From positions 1 to 34,748 of IMG/VR virus record IMGVR_UViG_3300014613_001551: DNA of 34,748 nucleotides, one strand, 5' to 3'. This document shows, in pieces, positions 1 to 10,209 of this stretch. The position numbers were made by a program, and so were the translations under genes. The first letter of the stretch is position 1; every line of letters starts with the position of its first letter. The notes under the pieces were generated by a model. That model was given only the letters and a program-made list of their open reading frames with translations, did not search any database and was not told the origin of the DNA. Source of the DNA: a virus. Taxonomy: Duplodnaviria > Caudoviricetes.

Positions 1-2483
1 TAACCAGCATATAAAATTAAAGTTGAACCTAAATGAAAGACAATACTATCATTCCATTTACCATTCGCATTAGCTACTTCTAAAGACAGTTGGGCAGCAG
101 TGTTTGGACCTGAATGAGATAAAGTCCAAGATAATATATCATCTGAAATGGCTAAAAGATCAGTCTCTACTAATTTTTGTATAAAATGTGGTCCGTAAGG
201 AGAGACAGTTCCATGGCCCAAACCCCCAACAGTATACAACACGTTGTCACAAACAATCGAAATAGTACCAGGCATAGTTCTTAAATCACCAGCCCCCCCA
301 TATCTGGTTTTGTAATAAGTAGACACAAAGTCACTAACAGACAGATTATCTATTTCTCCAAATTCTCGATAAACAGTATTTAATGCGCCAGTTTTATCAG
401 TATATTCTTCCCCAGTAAAACTACTAAATAAATAATACTTATTACTTATACCAGTAACTTGAAAACTTGTAATACTTCCTTGATAAGTTTTAATAAGCTC
501 AGGTGGACTAACATTATCTCCTGACACATACACTCTATATAGATTTGTTACATCTTCCTCCATCATAGATAATGAGAGATGCCCACCAATATATATATAA
601 AACCCACCACCATCTGGGTTGCTAATCTCACTTAATGGGCGTTCATACTCCGAGAAAACGCCAACCGTTCCCAAGGTATGCCCAAGTACAAACATACCAA
701 CAGCAATAGAAATATATTCTAAATTATTTTCTCCATCTATTGAAACTGCATAAGCTATTATTTCATCACTCACAGGCCATATCCCAGTATTCCTTGAAAT
801 GGGTTTAACTTCTCTCAAGAGTTGCGCTGGTTCTTCAGTAGCAGCAAATGAAGTAAGTTCACTATCAAAAGTAGTATAATTTGTACACTTTATATAGTGT
901 AATTTTCTTGATTCAGATAATAGTGGTTGATAATTGGTTCCATCCCACTGCGCTACATTAGAATTAGCCCCATTAGGACCTGCCCACCAATCTCCCACAA
1001 CCAAAATCTCATTAGCTAATTGATAATCCCAACCTATAACATCACAACCAAGCATCCCACCACCTAATTCTTTCCATGCACCATCATAATAACCAAATCC
1101 ACGCACATTATCACCATCTATCGTCAACTGATCTCCTCCCACATATAAATTCCCATCAGACTCAACTCGCATATTTTCAAGTTTCTTATGAATAGTTAAT
1201 TCTCCTAAACTATCCCATGCAGGTCCTACAATATTATATTTAAAAATTTCATAATCTCGTGTAACTGACGCTTCACATCCTATATAAATATCGCTACCAT
1301 CCCCACTAACCGCAATCTTCTCTACAACTCGATTAATGCCATCTCCAACCTCTTCCCAAGACCCATTTAATGATGCCTTAGCCACCTCAGCCTGCAATGC
1401 GTAACCTGTAAAATCCCCACACACATAAATTATATTATTACTATCTATATCTATATCTTGAACAGTACCAACAATACCATCCAAAGCATCCGGTAACCAA
1501 CGTTGTTCAATATGACTCCACACGGCAATACCTTGAGTATAATTCCCCCCTGCGAAATTAAAATCACCAACAACTACTATATTATCATTACTTGTAGCCA
1601 CCAATCTATTAACTATAGGAATATTATCTGAGGGCTGCCCTAAACCACTTTGAGTAACTCCCCCATTCATTACATGCCATTCCAGATTTACTGGATCAAG
1701 CCAAGCCACACAACTAGAATATTGACTATCACCAGTTAAACTAAAGGAACCACCCATATAAATCATACCATCTGAAGTTTTAACAATTGAATAAATAGTA
1801 GGATTCGATTCCGCCCCAACAACAAAATTTTCTGGAAACCCACTTACACCGCCAACAGCAGTATGAAAACGATTATCTATGGATGAAAATTTTACTATTG
1901 CATTAGCTATTCCCAAAGTTAAATTTCCAACAATAAAAATATCCCCATCTATTTTTAATATATCTGTAGCATAATCCCCAACAGCCTTTACACCAATATC
2001 CTGTGATGTTCGTTCTCCACCAGTAATCAACACCCCAACTTTATTATCCACTCCTCCAATATACCAAACCATAATACTTCGCGGAAGGTCCCCATCATAA
2101 GGTCCTATATCTGTTGCACCGTCCCAACTCCATTGTGAAGCATCTGTAGGGTCTGTTAGTTGCTTAATTTTTAACATCCAACCCCCAGCATCATCAACAC
2201 AACCCGCTAATATAATTCCTCCATCATCTGGTATTACATCATAATCAAACACACCCAAACAACTACTATTAACATACTCTGTTTGATTCTCATCGTGACT
2301 ACCAAATAAGAACCCATTAGCGGCCCCTGTACCGCCCTCTTGAGTAAACTCCTCAAAGGTTAATTTAATAGAATCTAGCAACTCCTCTTCAGAGAGTCCA
2401 GATATATCAAACTCTATTTTAGAGATTGGTACTCGATTGCCCTGTTCACTTAAACTAACAATTGTACTGCCTACATTCCTCAT
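1..2483 (-). CDS. Tail-tip/baseplate hub (Tal-like) protein with N-terminal beta-propeller repeats; 3' end outside the window
   Basis: Absent from the ORF track because there is no stop in the window. Hand translation from ATG 2483 (GAGGA upstream) gives MRNVGSTIVS... and appears open for ~827 codons. Repeats such as IYMGGSFSLTG..VAWLDPVNLEW, VVVGDFNFAGG..IAVWS, LYVGGDQ..GYYDGAWKELGGG. Ends ..QLSLEVANANGKWNDSIVFHLGSTLILYAG, resembling a hub-protein domain start. Lies directly after TMP and Dit. Confidence 0.8.
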   Translation of the reverse strand, partial: MRNVGSTIVSLSEQGNRVPISKIEFDISGLSEEELLDSIKLTFEEFTQEGGTGAANGFLFGSHDENQTEYVNSSCLGVFDYDVIPDDGGIILAGCVDDAGGWMLKIKQLTDPTDASQWSWDGATDIGPYDGDLPRSIMVWYIGGVDNKVGVLITGGERTSQDIGVKAVGDYATDILKIDGDIFIVGNLTLGIANAIVKFSSIDNRFHTAVGGVSGFPENFVVGAESNPTIYSIVKTSDGMIYMGGSFSLTGDSQYSSCVAWLDPVNLEWHVMNGGVTQSGLGQPSDNIPIVNRLVATSNDNIVVVGDFNFAGGNYTQGIAVWSHIEQRWLPDALDGIVGTVQDIDIDSNNIIYVCGDFTGYALQAEVAKASLNGSWEEVGDGINRVVEKIAVSGDGSDIYIGCEASVTRDYEIFKYNIVGPAWDSLGELTIHKKLENMRVESDGNLYVGGDQLTIDGDNVRGFGYYDGAWKELGGGMLGCDVIGWDYQLANEILVVGDWWAGPNGANSNVAQWDGTNYQPLLSESRKLHYIKCTNYTTFDSELTSFAATEEPAQLLREVKPISRNTGIWPVSDEIIAYAVSIDGENNLEYISIAVGMFVLGHTLGTVGVFSEYERPLSEISNPDGGGFYIYIGGHLSLSMMEEDVTNLYRVYVSGDNVSPPELIKTYQGSITSFQVTGISNKYYLFSSFTGEEYTDKTGALNTVYREFGEIDNLSVSDFVSTYYKTRYGGAGDLRTMPGTISIVCDNVLYTVGGLGHGTVSPYGPHFIQKLVETDLLAISDDILSWTLSHSGPNTAAQLSLEVANANGKWNDSIVFHLGSTLILYAG

Positions 2484-2496
2484 GTTATGTTATCCT

Positions 2497-2856
2497 CTAT
2501 CTCCATTCTTTCGCTTTTATATTTCCAAGATAGCGTTCGCAGACAGACTCTTTAGGAGAGAATCCCAGTTCATCCAAAGTAACTGTATATTCATCACCAT
2601 CCTCACCAATCTTCCAATTATGTGTATACGTAACAGCACTATCTTCCTCCCACAAGATTTCCAAAGCTGTTTTATCATCTGGTGTAAGCCATACAGTAAC
2701 CTGCCACTCTCTTGGACCCCAACCAAATTGTCGAGAACGTTTGCCAGTAATTGTTATTTCATCTGTAAGAGTCTTAGGACGCTCACCACCACTAAATTTA
2801 TGTTGATGTATAGTAAAAGTGTCATCATCTATATATAGATAGATTGGAAGTGTCAT
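2497..2856 (-). CDS. Putative distal tail (Dit-like) protein
   Basis: 119 aa, beta-rich pattern, start overlaps the tape measure stop; position typical of siphophage Dit. Confidence 0.6.
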   Translation of the reverse strand: MTLPIYLYIDDDTFTIHQHKFSGGERPKTLTDEITITGKRSRQFGWGPREWQVTVWLTPDDKTALEILWEEDSAVTYTHNWKIGEDGDEYTVTLDELGFSPKESVCERYLGNIKAKEWR

Positions 2857-5800
2857 TATCTACGAATCTCTTGTCTCACGAAATTTCTCATAGTTTTTCC
2901 AAATTCCTTCTGTTGTTCTGTTAATATATCTGCAATGGCTGCTTTATCAACCTCACCTGATACATACAATTGAGGGGCGAATATAAAAGTGCCGCCGCCA
3001 AATCCACCAGCAGTGGGCAAATTTACAGAACCCAAAGAACTAATATTTGGCATTGAAGCAAAAGCACCAAAGGAACCAAAAATGGCATTATAGTTACTAG
3101 CAATAGCAGACAAAGAAATAACATTAGACTGTAGCCAAGTATTGAGACGCCCAAACTCACTGATAATTCCGTTTATCATATCTGGTACTATACTTCTTCC
3201 ATAAATATCAGTATATGCTTTTTGCCAATACTCAGTAACTGGATTATCAGTTGCTGCTAAATCAGATCGTATCTTAATTACTGATTTACTGAACTTATCT
3301 TCTACTGCTTTTGTTGTAGATTCGGCCGATGCCTCTACACCAGCAAATAAATTAGGATCTGCTCCCTTTCTTATTAAAAATGCTTGTAACCTTTCTGCTG
3401 CTTTCTCTTCGCCTTCAAAAAGGGCGGAAAGTCCAGTTCCAAAAAACATGGATGCTTGATCCACAATATCTAATTTGGCCCCTGCTTTCACAGCTTCAGC
3501 ACTAACAGTACCTACATTCCCACCACGCAACATACCCAACCACTCTAAAAGAATAACTGTAATATCATCCATTCTAGTAATCAAATCTGGTATTTTTCTA
3601 AACGCATTATCCTCACTTAAACCGGCCAAATCCTCTATACCATCAACCAATAAAGCCAATCTATCAAAAGCACTTTGTTCTGTTTTAATTGGTATGCCCG
3701 ACGCTCCGCCTTGCAGTGAATATTGATATTTAGGAACAGAAATCTTTTTACCACCAAATAACTGTATTACCATATTAGTAACAGAAGCGATCAAATCAAC
3801 TAAGGCATTACCAAAATCATGAAGGGTTCTACCCAATGTATCAGCAATGTTCTGCTGTTCTGTGCCCATAGCAGCAGCAATCTTAGCTTCTAAATCATCC
3901 ATATTAAATGCCTCTGCTATCTCAGAGGGCAACCCCGAGAATACGCCCGTTAATGCTTCGCTAGTATCCTCCGCGGACTTGGTAAATGATGAGTAAACTT
4001 CAGATAATGTACTAACTGCGGTGGCAGTTTGATCAGCAATTGCTTGAGCGGTACTAAGAGCAGCTTGTTCAATCTCTCGTTCTTGAGCAAAACGTTTCTC
4101 CATTTCAACTTTATCTTCATTTTTAGCATCAAGTTGAGTCTGAAGAGCTTCGATTTGTTTGGCAGTAGCTTCCTTTTGTGCTTCTATAGCTTTAACTTGA
4201 TCTGCATACTGAATACGTAATTCAGCAGCTAACAAATCTCTCTGTTTTAATTTCTTTTCCTCAACACTTATCTCCATCTGCAACTGTTTTAGTCTATCTT
4301 CAAATATTTGCTGATTGGCCCGTAGTTGAATCTCTTCCTGTGACATAACTTTGACACCACGAGATTCACGTTCTTTAACCAAAGCCTCTAGCTTGTTGTT
4401 ATTCATATCATACTCAAACTGTAACAAATCTAGCTGAAGCTGTAATCTCTCAATTAGCTGTTCATCAATTACAATACCCATATTACGCAATTGTTCGGCA
4501 ACACGCTCATCAATCATAGTCTCAATACGCTGAATCTCTTTATCAAAATTAGATTCACGCCGCTGTAGGCCAGAGATCTGATCACGAATCTGAGTAGTCT
4601 CAGCTTCTATAATCTTGATTGCTGCGTCTCTAGTTCTTTCAGCAGCCTCAATACTACTTTTTATTCTATCAAGATTAGCACCAGCAACAACCGCCGCCAT
4701 AGAAGCTCTGACAAATTCAGCTACAGAAGCTAATGGTCCAAGAAATTTTTGAGCATATTCAGTCGCTATTGTAGTAAGATCTGAAGTTCCTCCAGATACC
4801 GACAATGCTTGTAATACTTGTATCTTAAACTTATACGATGCACCAACTGCTTCTTCGCCCACTTTCTCTATATTTCCCAGTACAAAACTCATTAGAGTAT
4901 CAATACCGGAAACAGCGGTAGAACCAACTTGTGTAGCAAGTGATACCAAGTCTTGTAATCCAGTACCAGTTAAATTCGCAAATGTCTTGGCAAAGATATT
5001 GCCCGCAGAAGAATCACCCAAGCCATCAGCTATACCATCACCTACCTCTTTTCCTTTTTCTTTTCCATAGCCATAATCAAAACCCACAAAAGCATTGTCT
5101 TGAAATTTTGCTGCAAAACCCGCTCCAAACTTTTCCCCTAGTTCTTCGCCAATCGCCCTAACTCCACCAGCCTCACCGGAGATGATCCGATTTATCATAG
5201 AAGCCAAGCCACTAATAAGATCAGTAACAAAACTAACAAATCCAATTACCAAACCTTTTAAGTATTTGATAATCAGTTCAGGGTCGCGCTTGACAACGCT
5301 CTCGATTATCTTCCAGAAAGATAAAAATACGCGTTGAGCATTTCCAGTTACCTTGATCCACTCAAACATAAGCTCCAGAACTCGTGAAATAGCCCCACCA
5401 AGTCCCCCTAGTATTTGATCAATGTATGGACTGTATACTGCAATCTGCTTATTAATCTCTCTAAGAATAAGTGACAACCTATTAAAGATCGGCACACCAA
5501 GAGCTACTGACATTAGGCTCATAGCATCTTTTAAGTTAGATACTGCGCCCTCCCAAGTCTTAGCCTGCTCTTCGGCCTGACCAACAACCATTGACGATTG
5601 CATGGCCCAACCCCTCATCAACTCTACACTATCTTTTACGCTATGGTTTAATTCATTATTAGCATTAAGAAGTTTTAGTTCTTCATAACCTTGGGCTTTT
5701 AGATTCTTTTTAAGGTTGCCTGTAGCTTCATCATATACATCGGCATGAGCAGCGGCTTGATAAGTTCCATCGGAAAGTTTTTTCATCCAAGCAGTTACGG

Positions 5801-8800
5801 CCATGAGCGGAACACCAATAGAATAAAAGGTTTTTCGCCAGCTAGGAAGATTATTATTAAGTGCCAGTATACCCTCAAGAATACGATCAACTGGCTCATT
5901 AAAAGAAGCAGCCATTTCAATCATGGGATAGAGCCACTCTTCAGGATTAAAGCCATACTTCATCATCTGAGGAATAGTCTGGAGTACATCAACAACTTCT
6001 AATGAAGAGGAAGCAATAACATCTTTAGCCCATTGAAACCAAGCAGTTGATTCTTCGTTGATTGCTTTGATTCTCTCAGTAGCATCAGCAAATCCACCCC
6101 TACCAGAGATAATACCAGTCATACTAGCTCTGAAACTAGCAAAAGCATCATTAGCAGCCACAAACTCTGATATTGCATTGCGCAATCCACGAACCAACGT
6201 ATGTTTAATATCATAAACAAAACGGCTAAGAAGATTAGCCCCAAAAACAGCAGCAAAAATCTTACCTGTAGTAGACGTTGTCTTCCCAAGCCCAACCATA
6301 GATTTACCAAGATTCGCAACGCCCTTGGTTAATGCAACCACCGGACGAGCAGGAGCTATAATAACCTTGCCAAATGTTTTAGCCACGTCGGCAGTTCGCT
6401 TTACCGTTCTCCCAACCGCTGTACTAGATACTCCAAACTTAGCGGTTTCTTTAGCGGCCGCTTCAGTTAATCTTGATGTAAATTCTAGCTCTCCACGCAT
6501 ATCACCCAATAAATCCACGTATCTGCGCAGAACATCTTTCTCAGCATCCGTTAGACTGTCCGTAAATCTTTGACTGGCATCACCCACTTCATAGAAAGTT
6601 TCATTAAGAAGTCTAAAAGAATCTTCAAGTTCTCCAGCTATACTTTCGCCCTTGTCAGAAGCCTTCTTCATCTTATTCATCTTACCTGTCAGGGCATCTA
6701 TATTAGAAAGTAGCTCTTTATTAACCTCACTAAAATGCTCAGAGGCATTGGCATGACTAGAAGCGGCTACTGCACTTGCCTTGATCTGTCTCATATTATC
6801 GCGAAGAATATAGGTTTGTTGAGCAAGACGCGCATTTGCGGGTCCCAACGCCACACTATACGCATTAACCTGTCCGCCCATCTTATCCAACCACTTGATA
6901 ACAGGATCGGCGGATGCTCGACTACCAGCAAGGACACGACGAAATAAATACCAAGCATTAGTATTTGAATCCAATAATAACTTAGCATCAGACAATGATT
7001 TAGTTAGCTGATTCCAAGCACCCCCGCCTGTTCCACGCAATGTAGTTTGAAATATAGCCTCAGTTTGCTTAGCAATTGCAGCAGCAGCGGGGTCAAGTTC
7101 TTGCCTTGCGCGACGCTCCATCTCTTTGCCAAGAACTATGTCAAGTCCTTCAGCAGTACCCTTAAGAAGTTTCTTGTACTCAGTCAAGGAAGCAATAGCT
7201 TGCTGATCTACTGCCCCACCCGTAGCACGCATCTTTCTCTCTAGTTCTTCTATAACACCCAAAATACGCACCACATCTTGTTGCTGCTGTTTCAACGCCG
7301 TTATATTTAAAGTCTTATCAAGAGTCTTCCCATATAGATTTTCCATACTCTTGCCTAAAGATGTAATAACACCACCAATCTGATTCCAGCTAGACGCCGA
7401 CTCTCCTGTCAAAGTTAATTGTTCTTTTATACTAGTGTTCAGAACCATCATTGCACGACCATACTCTTGTAATGAGCTTACCGCTACCATTGCACCCTCG
7501 TCTACATGTGCATACTCCTCATGCATACCCTTTAGAGTTACAACGTGCTTTATCATGTCAGAATTAGCATTGATTACATTTGTTTGTATCGCATCATAAA
7601 CAGCTTTGAATCCTTTTCTGGGTTCATCCTTTAGAAACTTAGTATACTGCTGCCAAGCACCTCTAGCCTCTGTAGCGGTAACTGCTAAATCTTTCCCAAC
7701 CTTTGTAAATGATTGCCCCTGGGCTATGGCATAAGTCAGTGCTTTGTTTAGTTGTGTATATGATATACCCTCATCACGCGCAGCTATTGAAACAGACACT
7801 AAGCCTGCTCTAGCCTTTTCTAATGTTGGATTCAGTTGAGTATCAGTAATATCTGCGGTGTATCTAAGACTCTCTTCTAGCTTAGCTAAATCTCCCAATA
7901 GCTTAGGGTCAACAATATCCCCAGCAACCATAGACATTTGAGAACCCTTGGCAATATTTGCTAAATCTCGTAATCGTTGAGCAAGTTTTTCGTACTCCGC
8001 TCCCAATCTAGCCATTTCAGGAATATTGCCAGCAGCAGTCGCTTGTTTCAATTCATCTTTAACTATTCTTAATTCATGTCCAGTTGATGTAAATGCAGTC
8101 TTTATAAACTGAAGAGTCTCTCGAAGTTGAGTAAGATTAACGCCCAGAGTCTCAACTGCATTTACACTAACAAAGACTTCTCCGCCCATCTTTTTAAGGT
8201 CAGTATCAACATCACGAATAGAACTAGATAAATCAACATCACTAATCTTTAAGATTCTAGCTGCATCTGCTAGCTTGATAAACCCCTGATCACCTGCTAA
8301 TTCGGCTATTGCTTTTCCCATAGCTCTAGCATTAGCGGTACCCTTAGTCAATGATTCATTTATACTCTCAAAGGTAGAAAGTTCTTTATCAGAAATTAAC
8401 TTTGACAGAGTTTTAATAGCAAGACCGGGTACATCAGCAGCAGCAGTCTTTTTTGGTATATTTAACTTTTCTTTCCAATGAGGCATATCCGCAGGGTCAG
8501 TAACTTCACCCCTAAGAAATTTACCCAGATCTTTACGCCATTCTTTAATCTCATAAGTAGCTTTCGTCGTCGCCTCTTGCGCACTATCAATAAGCGGTTG
8601 GAACATTCTAGCACTAGCGATGTCCATATCTTTTTGAGCAGCTTTGGCAGCAGCTACCAAGCCGGCAAAGCCCGTACCACCTCGTAGTGATGTGTTTAAT
8701 TCCTTAGCCTTCGTTATAGTCGCAGCAATAGACCGGCCCGTGCCTACATACGCTCCTCCAATTTGATTTAGAGTAGCTACACTAACCTGTTGTAAGTTTT

Positions 8801-8864
8801 TTAATGCGGCGGCCGCTTGAGTGACATTTATTTTTAGTGTAAGAGTTGATACAGTTGAACCCAA
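2856..8864 (-). CDS. Tail tape measure protein
   Basis: 2002 aa, Ala/Gly/Lys-rich helical, tape-measure-like domain (..ASSSLEVVDVLQ..MMKYGF..EGAVSNLKDA), coiled coils and hydrophobic segments; follows the tail chaperones; TTG start with AGGGG upstream. Confidence 0.95.
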   Translation of the reverse strand: MGSTVSTLTLKINVTQAAAALKNLQQVSVATLNQIGGAYVGTGRSIAATITKAKELNTSLRGGTGFAGLVAAAKAAQKDMDIASARMFQPLIDSAQEATTKATYEIKEWRKDLGKFLRGEVTDPADMPHWKEKLNIPKKTAAADVPGLAIKTLSKLISDKELSTFESINESLTKGTANARAMGKAIAELAGDQGFIKLADAARILKISDVDLSSSIRDVDTDLKKMGGEVFVSVNAVETLGVNLTQLRETLQFIKTAFTSTGHELRIVKDELKQATAAGNIPEMARLGAEYEKLAQRLRDLANIAKGSQMSMVAGDIVDPKLLGDLAKLEESLRYTADITDTQLNPTLEKARAGLVSVSIAARDEGISYTQLNKALTYAIAQGQSFTKVGKDLAVTATEARGAWQQYTKFLKDEPRKGFKAVYDAIQTNVINANSDMIKHVVTLKGMHEEYAHVDEGAMVAVSSLQEYGRAMMVLNTSIKEQLTLTGESASSWNQIGGVITSLGKSMENLYGKTLDKTLNITALKQQQQDVVRILGVIEELERKMRATGGAVDQQAIASLTEYKKLLKGTAEGLDIVLGKEMERRARQELDPAAAAIAKQTEAIFQTTLRGTGGGAWNQLTKSLSDAKLLLDSNTNAWYLFRRVLAGSRASADPVIKWLDKMGGQVNAYSVALGPANARLAQQTYILRDNMRQIKASAVAASSHANASEHFSEVNKELLSNIDALTGKMNKMKKASDKGESIAGELEDSFRLLNETFYEVGDASQRFTDSLTDAEKDVLRRYVDLLGDMRGELEFTSRLTEAAAKETAKFGVSSTAVGRTVKRTADVAKTFGKVIIAPARPVVALTKGVANLGKSMVGLGKTTSTTGKIFAAVFGANLLSRFVYDIKHTLVRGLRNAISEFVAANDAFASFRASMTGIISGRGGFADATERIKAINEESTAWFQWAKDVIASSSLEVVDVLQTIPQMMKYGFNPEEWLYPMIEMAASFNEPVDRILEGILALNNNLPSWRKTFYSIGVPLMAVTAWMKKLSDGTYQAAAHADVYDEATGNLKKNLKAQGYEELKLLNANNELNHSVKDSVELMRGWAMQSSMVVGQAEEQAKTWEGAVSNLKDAMSLMSVALGVPIFNRLSLILREINKQIAVYSPYIDQILGGLGGAISRVLELMFEWIKVTGNAQRVFLSFWKIIESVVKRDPELIIKYLKGLVIGFVSFVTDLISGLASMINRIISGEAGGVRAIGEELGEKFGAGFAAKFQDNAFVGFDYGYGKEKGKEVGDGIADGLGDSSAGNIFAKTFANLTGTGLQDLVSLATQVGSTAVSGIDTLMSFVLGNIEKVGEEAVGASYKFKIQVLQALSVSGGTSDLTTIATEYAQKFLGPLASVAEFVRASMAAVVAGANLDRIKSSIEAAERTRDAAIKIIEAETTQIRDQISGLQRRESNFDKEIQRIETMIDERVAEQLRNMGIVIDEQLIERLQLQLDLLQFEYDMNNNKLEALVKERESRGVKVMSQEEIQLRANQQIFEDRLKQLQMEISVEEKKLKQRDLLAAELRIQYADQVKAIEAQKEATAKQIEALQTQLDAKNEDKVEMEKRFAQEREIEQAALSTAQAIADQTATAVSTLSEVYSSFTKSAEDTSEALTGVFSGLPSEIAEAFNMDDLEAKIAAAMGTEQQNIADTLGRTLHDFGNALVDLIASVTNMVIQLFGGKKISVPKYQYSLQGGASGIPIKTEQSAFDRLALLVDGIEDLAGLSEDNAFRKIPDLITRMDDITVILLEWLGMLRGGNVGTVSAEAVKAGAKLDIVDQASMFFGTGLSALFEGEEKAAERLQAFLIRKGADPNLFAGVEASAESTTKAVEDKFSKSVIKIRSDLAATDNPVTEYWQKAYTDIYGRSIVPDMINGIISEFGRLNTWLQSNVISLSAIASNYNAIFGSFGAFASMPNISSLGSVNLPTAGGFGGGTFIFAPQLYVSGEVDKAAIADILTEQQKEFGKTMRNFVRQEIRR

Positions 8865-8876
8865 TTTCTACCCCTA

Positions 8877-9383
8877 TTACATTGATTCGATTAATTTTAA
8901 GGGAACAAATACAGAATCAGAGGGAAGTTCAATTCTTCTGCCTTTCTCATCTATTATAGACCCATCCTCTAACTGTCTAACTACTGGTAGATTCCGCTTT
9001 GCAAAGAACTCTTTTTTGCTTCCACCAACCTTGTGCATACGTTTACCTACTTGCTTGGTAATTAGATCATTAACCGCACGCGGAGATACTGCTATCTGAT
9101 ACCGCTCTATATTGAATACCCATTTCCATTTTCTAGGCTCACCACCAGCAGTTACAAATCTCAGATACTCTTCATTCTCTTGAATACGCAAGGACGCCAT
9201 TTTTAATGTTAAGTATCTATCCCAAGCTAGTTCATCATCTATATATGTTATGGGTAAGCCAAAGTATTTTACAATGGGCTGAAGATCTTCATACTCTACA
9301 ACAGCAGTCTCTACTACTTGACCTCGGTCTCCTTCACTATCTCTGGTTCCTTCGCCTCTTCGGTTTGACCAGACGGCGTAGTA
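8877..9383 (-). CDS. Tail assembly chaperone, gpT-like C-terminal part (made as a ~311-aa G-T fusion by -1 frameshift)
   Basis: The frame of ORF 8877..9200 stays open upstream to the slippery site at 9389-9383 (YYAVWSNRRG..YLTLK-MASLRIQ) and is closed by TGA at 9401-9399. Confidence 0.85.
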   Translation of the reverse strand, partial: YYAVWSNRRGEGTRDSEGDRGQVVETAVVEYEDLQPIVKYFGLPITYIDDELAWDRYLTLKMASLRIQENEEYLRFVTAGGEPRKWKWVFNIERYQIAVSPRAVNDLITKQVGKRMHKVGGSKKEFFAKRNLPVVRQLEDGSIIDEKGRRIELPSDSVFVPLKLIESM

Positions 9384-9811
9384 AAATTTTTCAGAGATTC
9401 ACTGGCCTCCTCAGTCATATTCTGACCTACATGGAATATCATAGCCCTAACAGCAGCACCATAGACCTCAATAAAGGTTCCAGCTTTATCTAGTATCTTA
9501 TCATCAAGACCGAGAATTATTGGCAATAGTCCCTCAAACTCATCAAGAAACGCCTCATCCTTCATCAAGGGTCCAATAGCAATTACTACATTTACAATCT
9601 CATCAAAGAATACTGAGACCTCCAGGTCCCCATCAACATCACTACGAGAGAACAAGTTATCCAAACTGAATCCATTATTCTGAGCCTCAGCTACCAGCTT
9701 AGAAAATAGACCAATAATCTTGAACATATTCTTTCGAGCAACTCTACCCTTCAATCGCTCTACTTTATACTTCTTACCCTCAAGACTAAATTCAAAGACG
9801 TCCTTACCCAT
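9314..9811 (-). CDS. Tail assembly chaperone, gpG-like (165 aa)
   Basis: Between tail tube and TMP; ATG 9811 (MGKDVFEF) preceded by AAAGGAG, preferred over the track start at 9856; acidic helical protein. Confidence 0.85.
   Translation of the reverse strand: MGKDVFEFSLEGKKYKVERLKGRVARKNMFKIIGLFSKLVAEAQNNGFSLDNLFSRSDVDGDLEVSVFFDEIVNVVIAIGPLMKDEAFLDEFEGLLPIILGLDDKILDKAGTFIEVYGAAVRAMIFHVGQNMTEEASESLKNFTTPSGQTEEAKEPEIVKETEVK
9383..9389 (-). promoter_or_regulatory. Programmed -1 ribosomal frameshift site A AAU UUU
   Basis: In-frame X XXY YYZ heptamer (codons AAA AAT TTT, K-N-F); the -1 frame fuses to the downstream ORF. Confidence 0.85.
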
Positions 9812-10046
9812 TTTTTTCCAATCTCCTTTTGAAATGGTCTGAACAATCACTATCATCTACTTCACAATCGATATCAACATTAGAATCAATATTACGATAA
9901 GAGTTCCAGATATAATCTTTTACTGAGTTCTTAATCTTATCCAGCCGCTCAGAGTCAATATCAGGAAACACTACCTCTAACTGAGTCTTGAGTTTACCCT
10001 CCAAAAATCTGAATTCAGACTCAAGAACTTCTCGCAATCCTATCAT
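9804..10046 (-). CDS. Hypothetical protein (80 aa)
   Basis: GAGGAG RBS, first ORF after the promoter at 10138-10166, stop overlaps the chaperone start. Confidence 0.7.
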   Translation of the reverse strand: MIGLREVLESEFRFLEGKLKTQLEVVFPDIDSERLDKIKNSVKDYIWNSYRNIDSNVDIDCEVDDSDCSDHFKRRLEKNG

Positions 10047-10102
10047 TAGCTTTCTCCTCTCAAACTTATAATGTTTAGTTCAATATATTTTTCTAGTTAT
10101 AT

Positions 10103-10130
10103 GGCAGAGAGAGGTTTCCCTCTCTCCGCC
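10103..10130 (-). promoter_or_regulatory. 5' leader hairpin directly after promoter
   Basis: GGC-A-GAGAGAGG TTTC CCTCTCTC-C-GCC inverted repeat (+ strand); no poly-U directly after it. Confidence 0.55.
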
Positions 10131-10137
10131 TATATAT

Positions 10138-10166
10138 AGTATACCACATAAAACAGGCTTTGTCAA
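10138..10166 (-). promoter_or_regulatory. sigma70-type promoter (family B) for chaperone-TMP-tail tip genes
   Basis: TTGACA-17 bp-TATACT with extended -10 TG. Confidence 0.85.
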
Positions 10167-10209
10167 GTGATTGGTCAATTAGTTTATTTATTAAATGTCC
10201 ACAGTTAGA

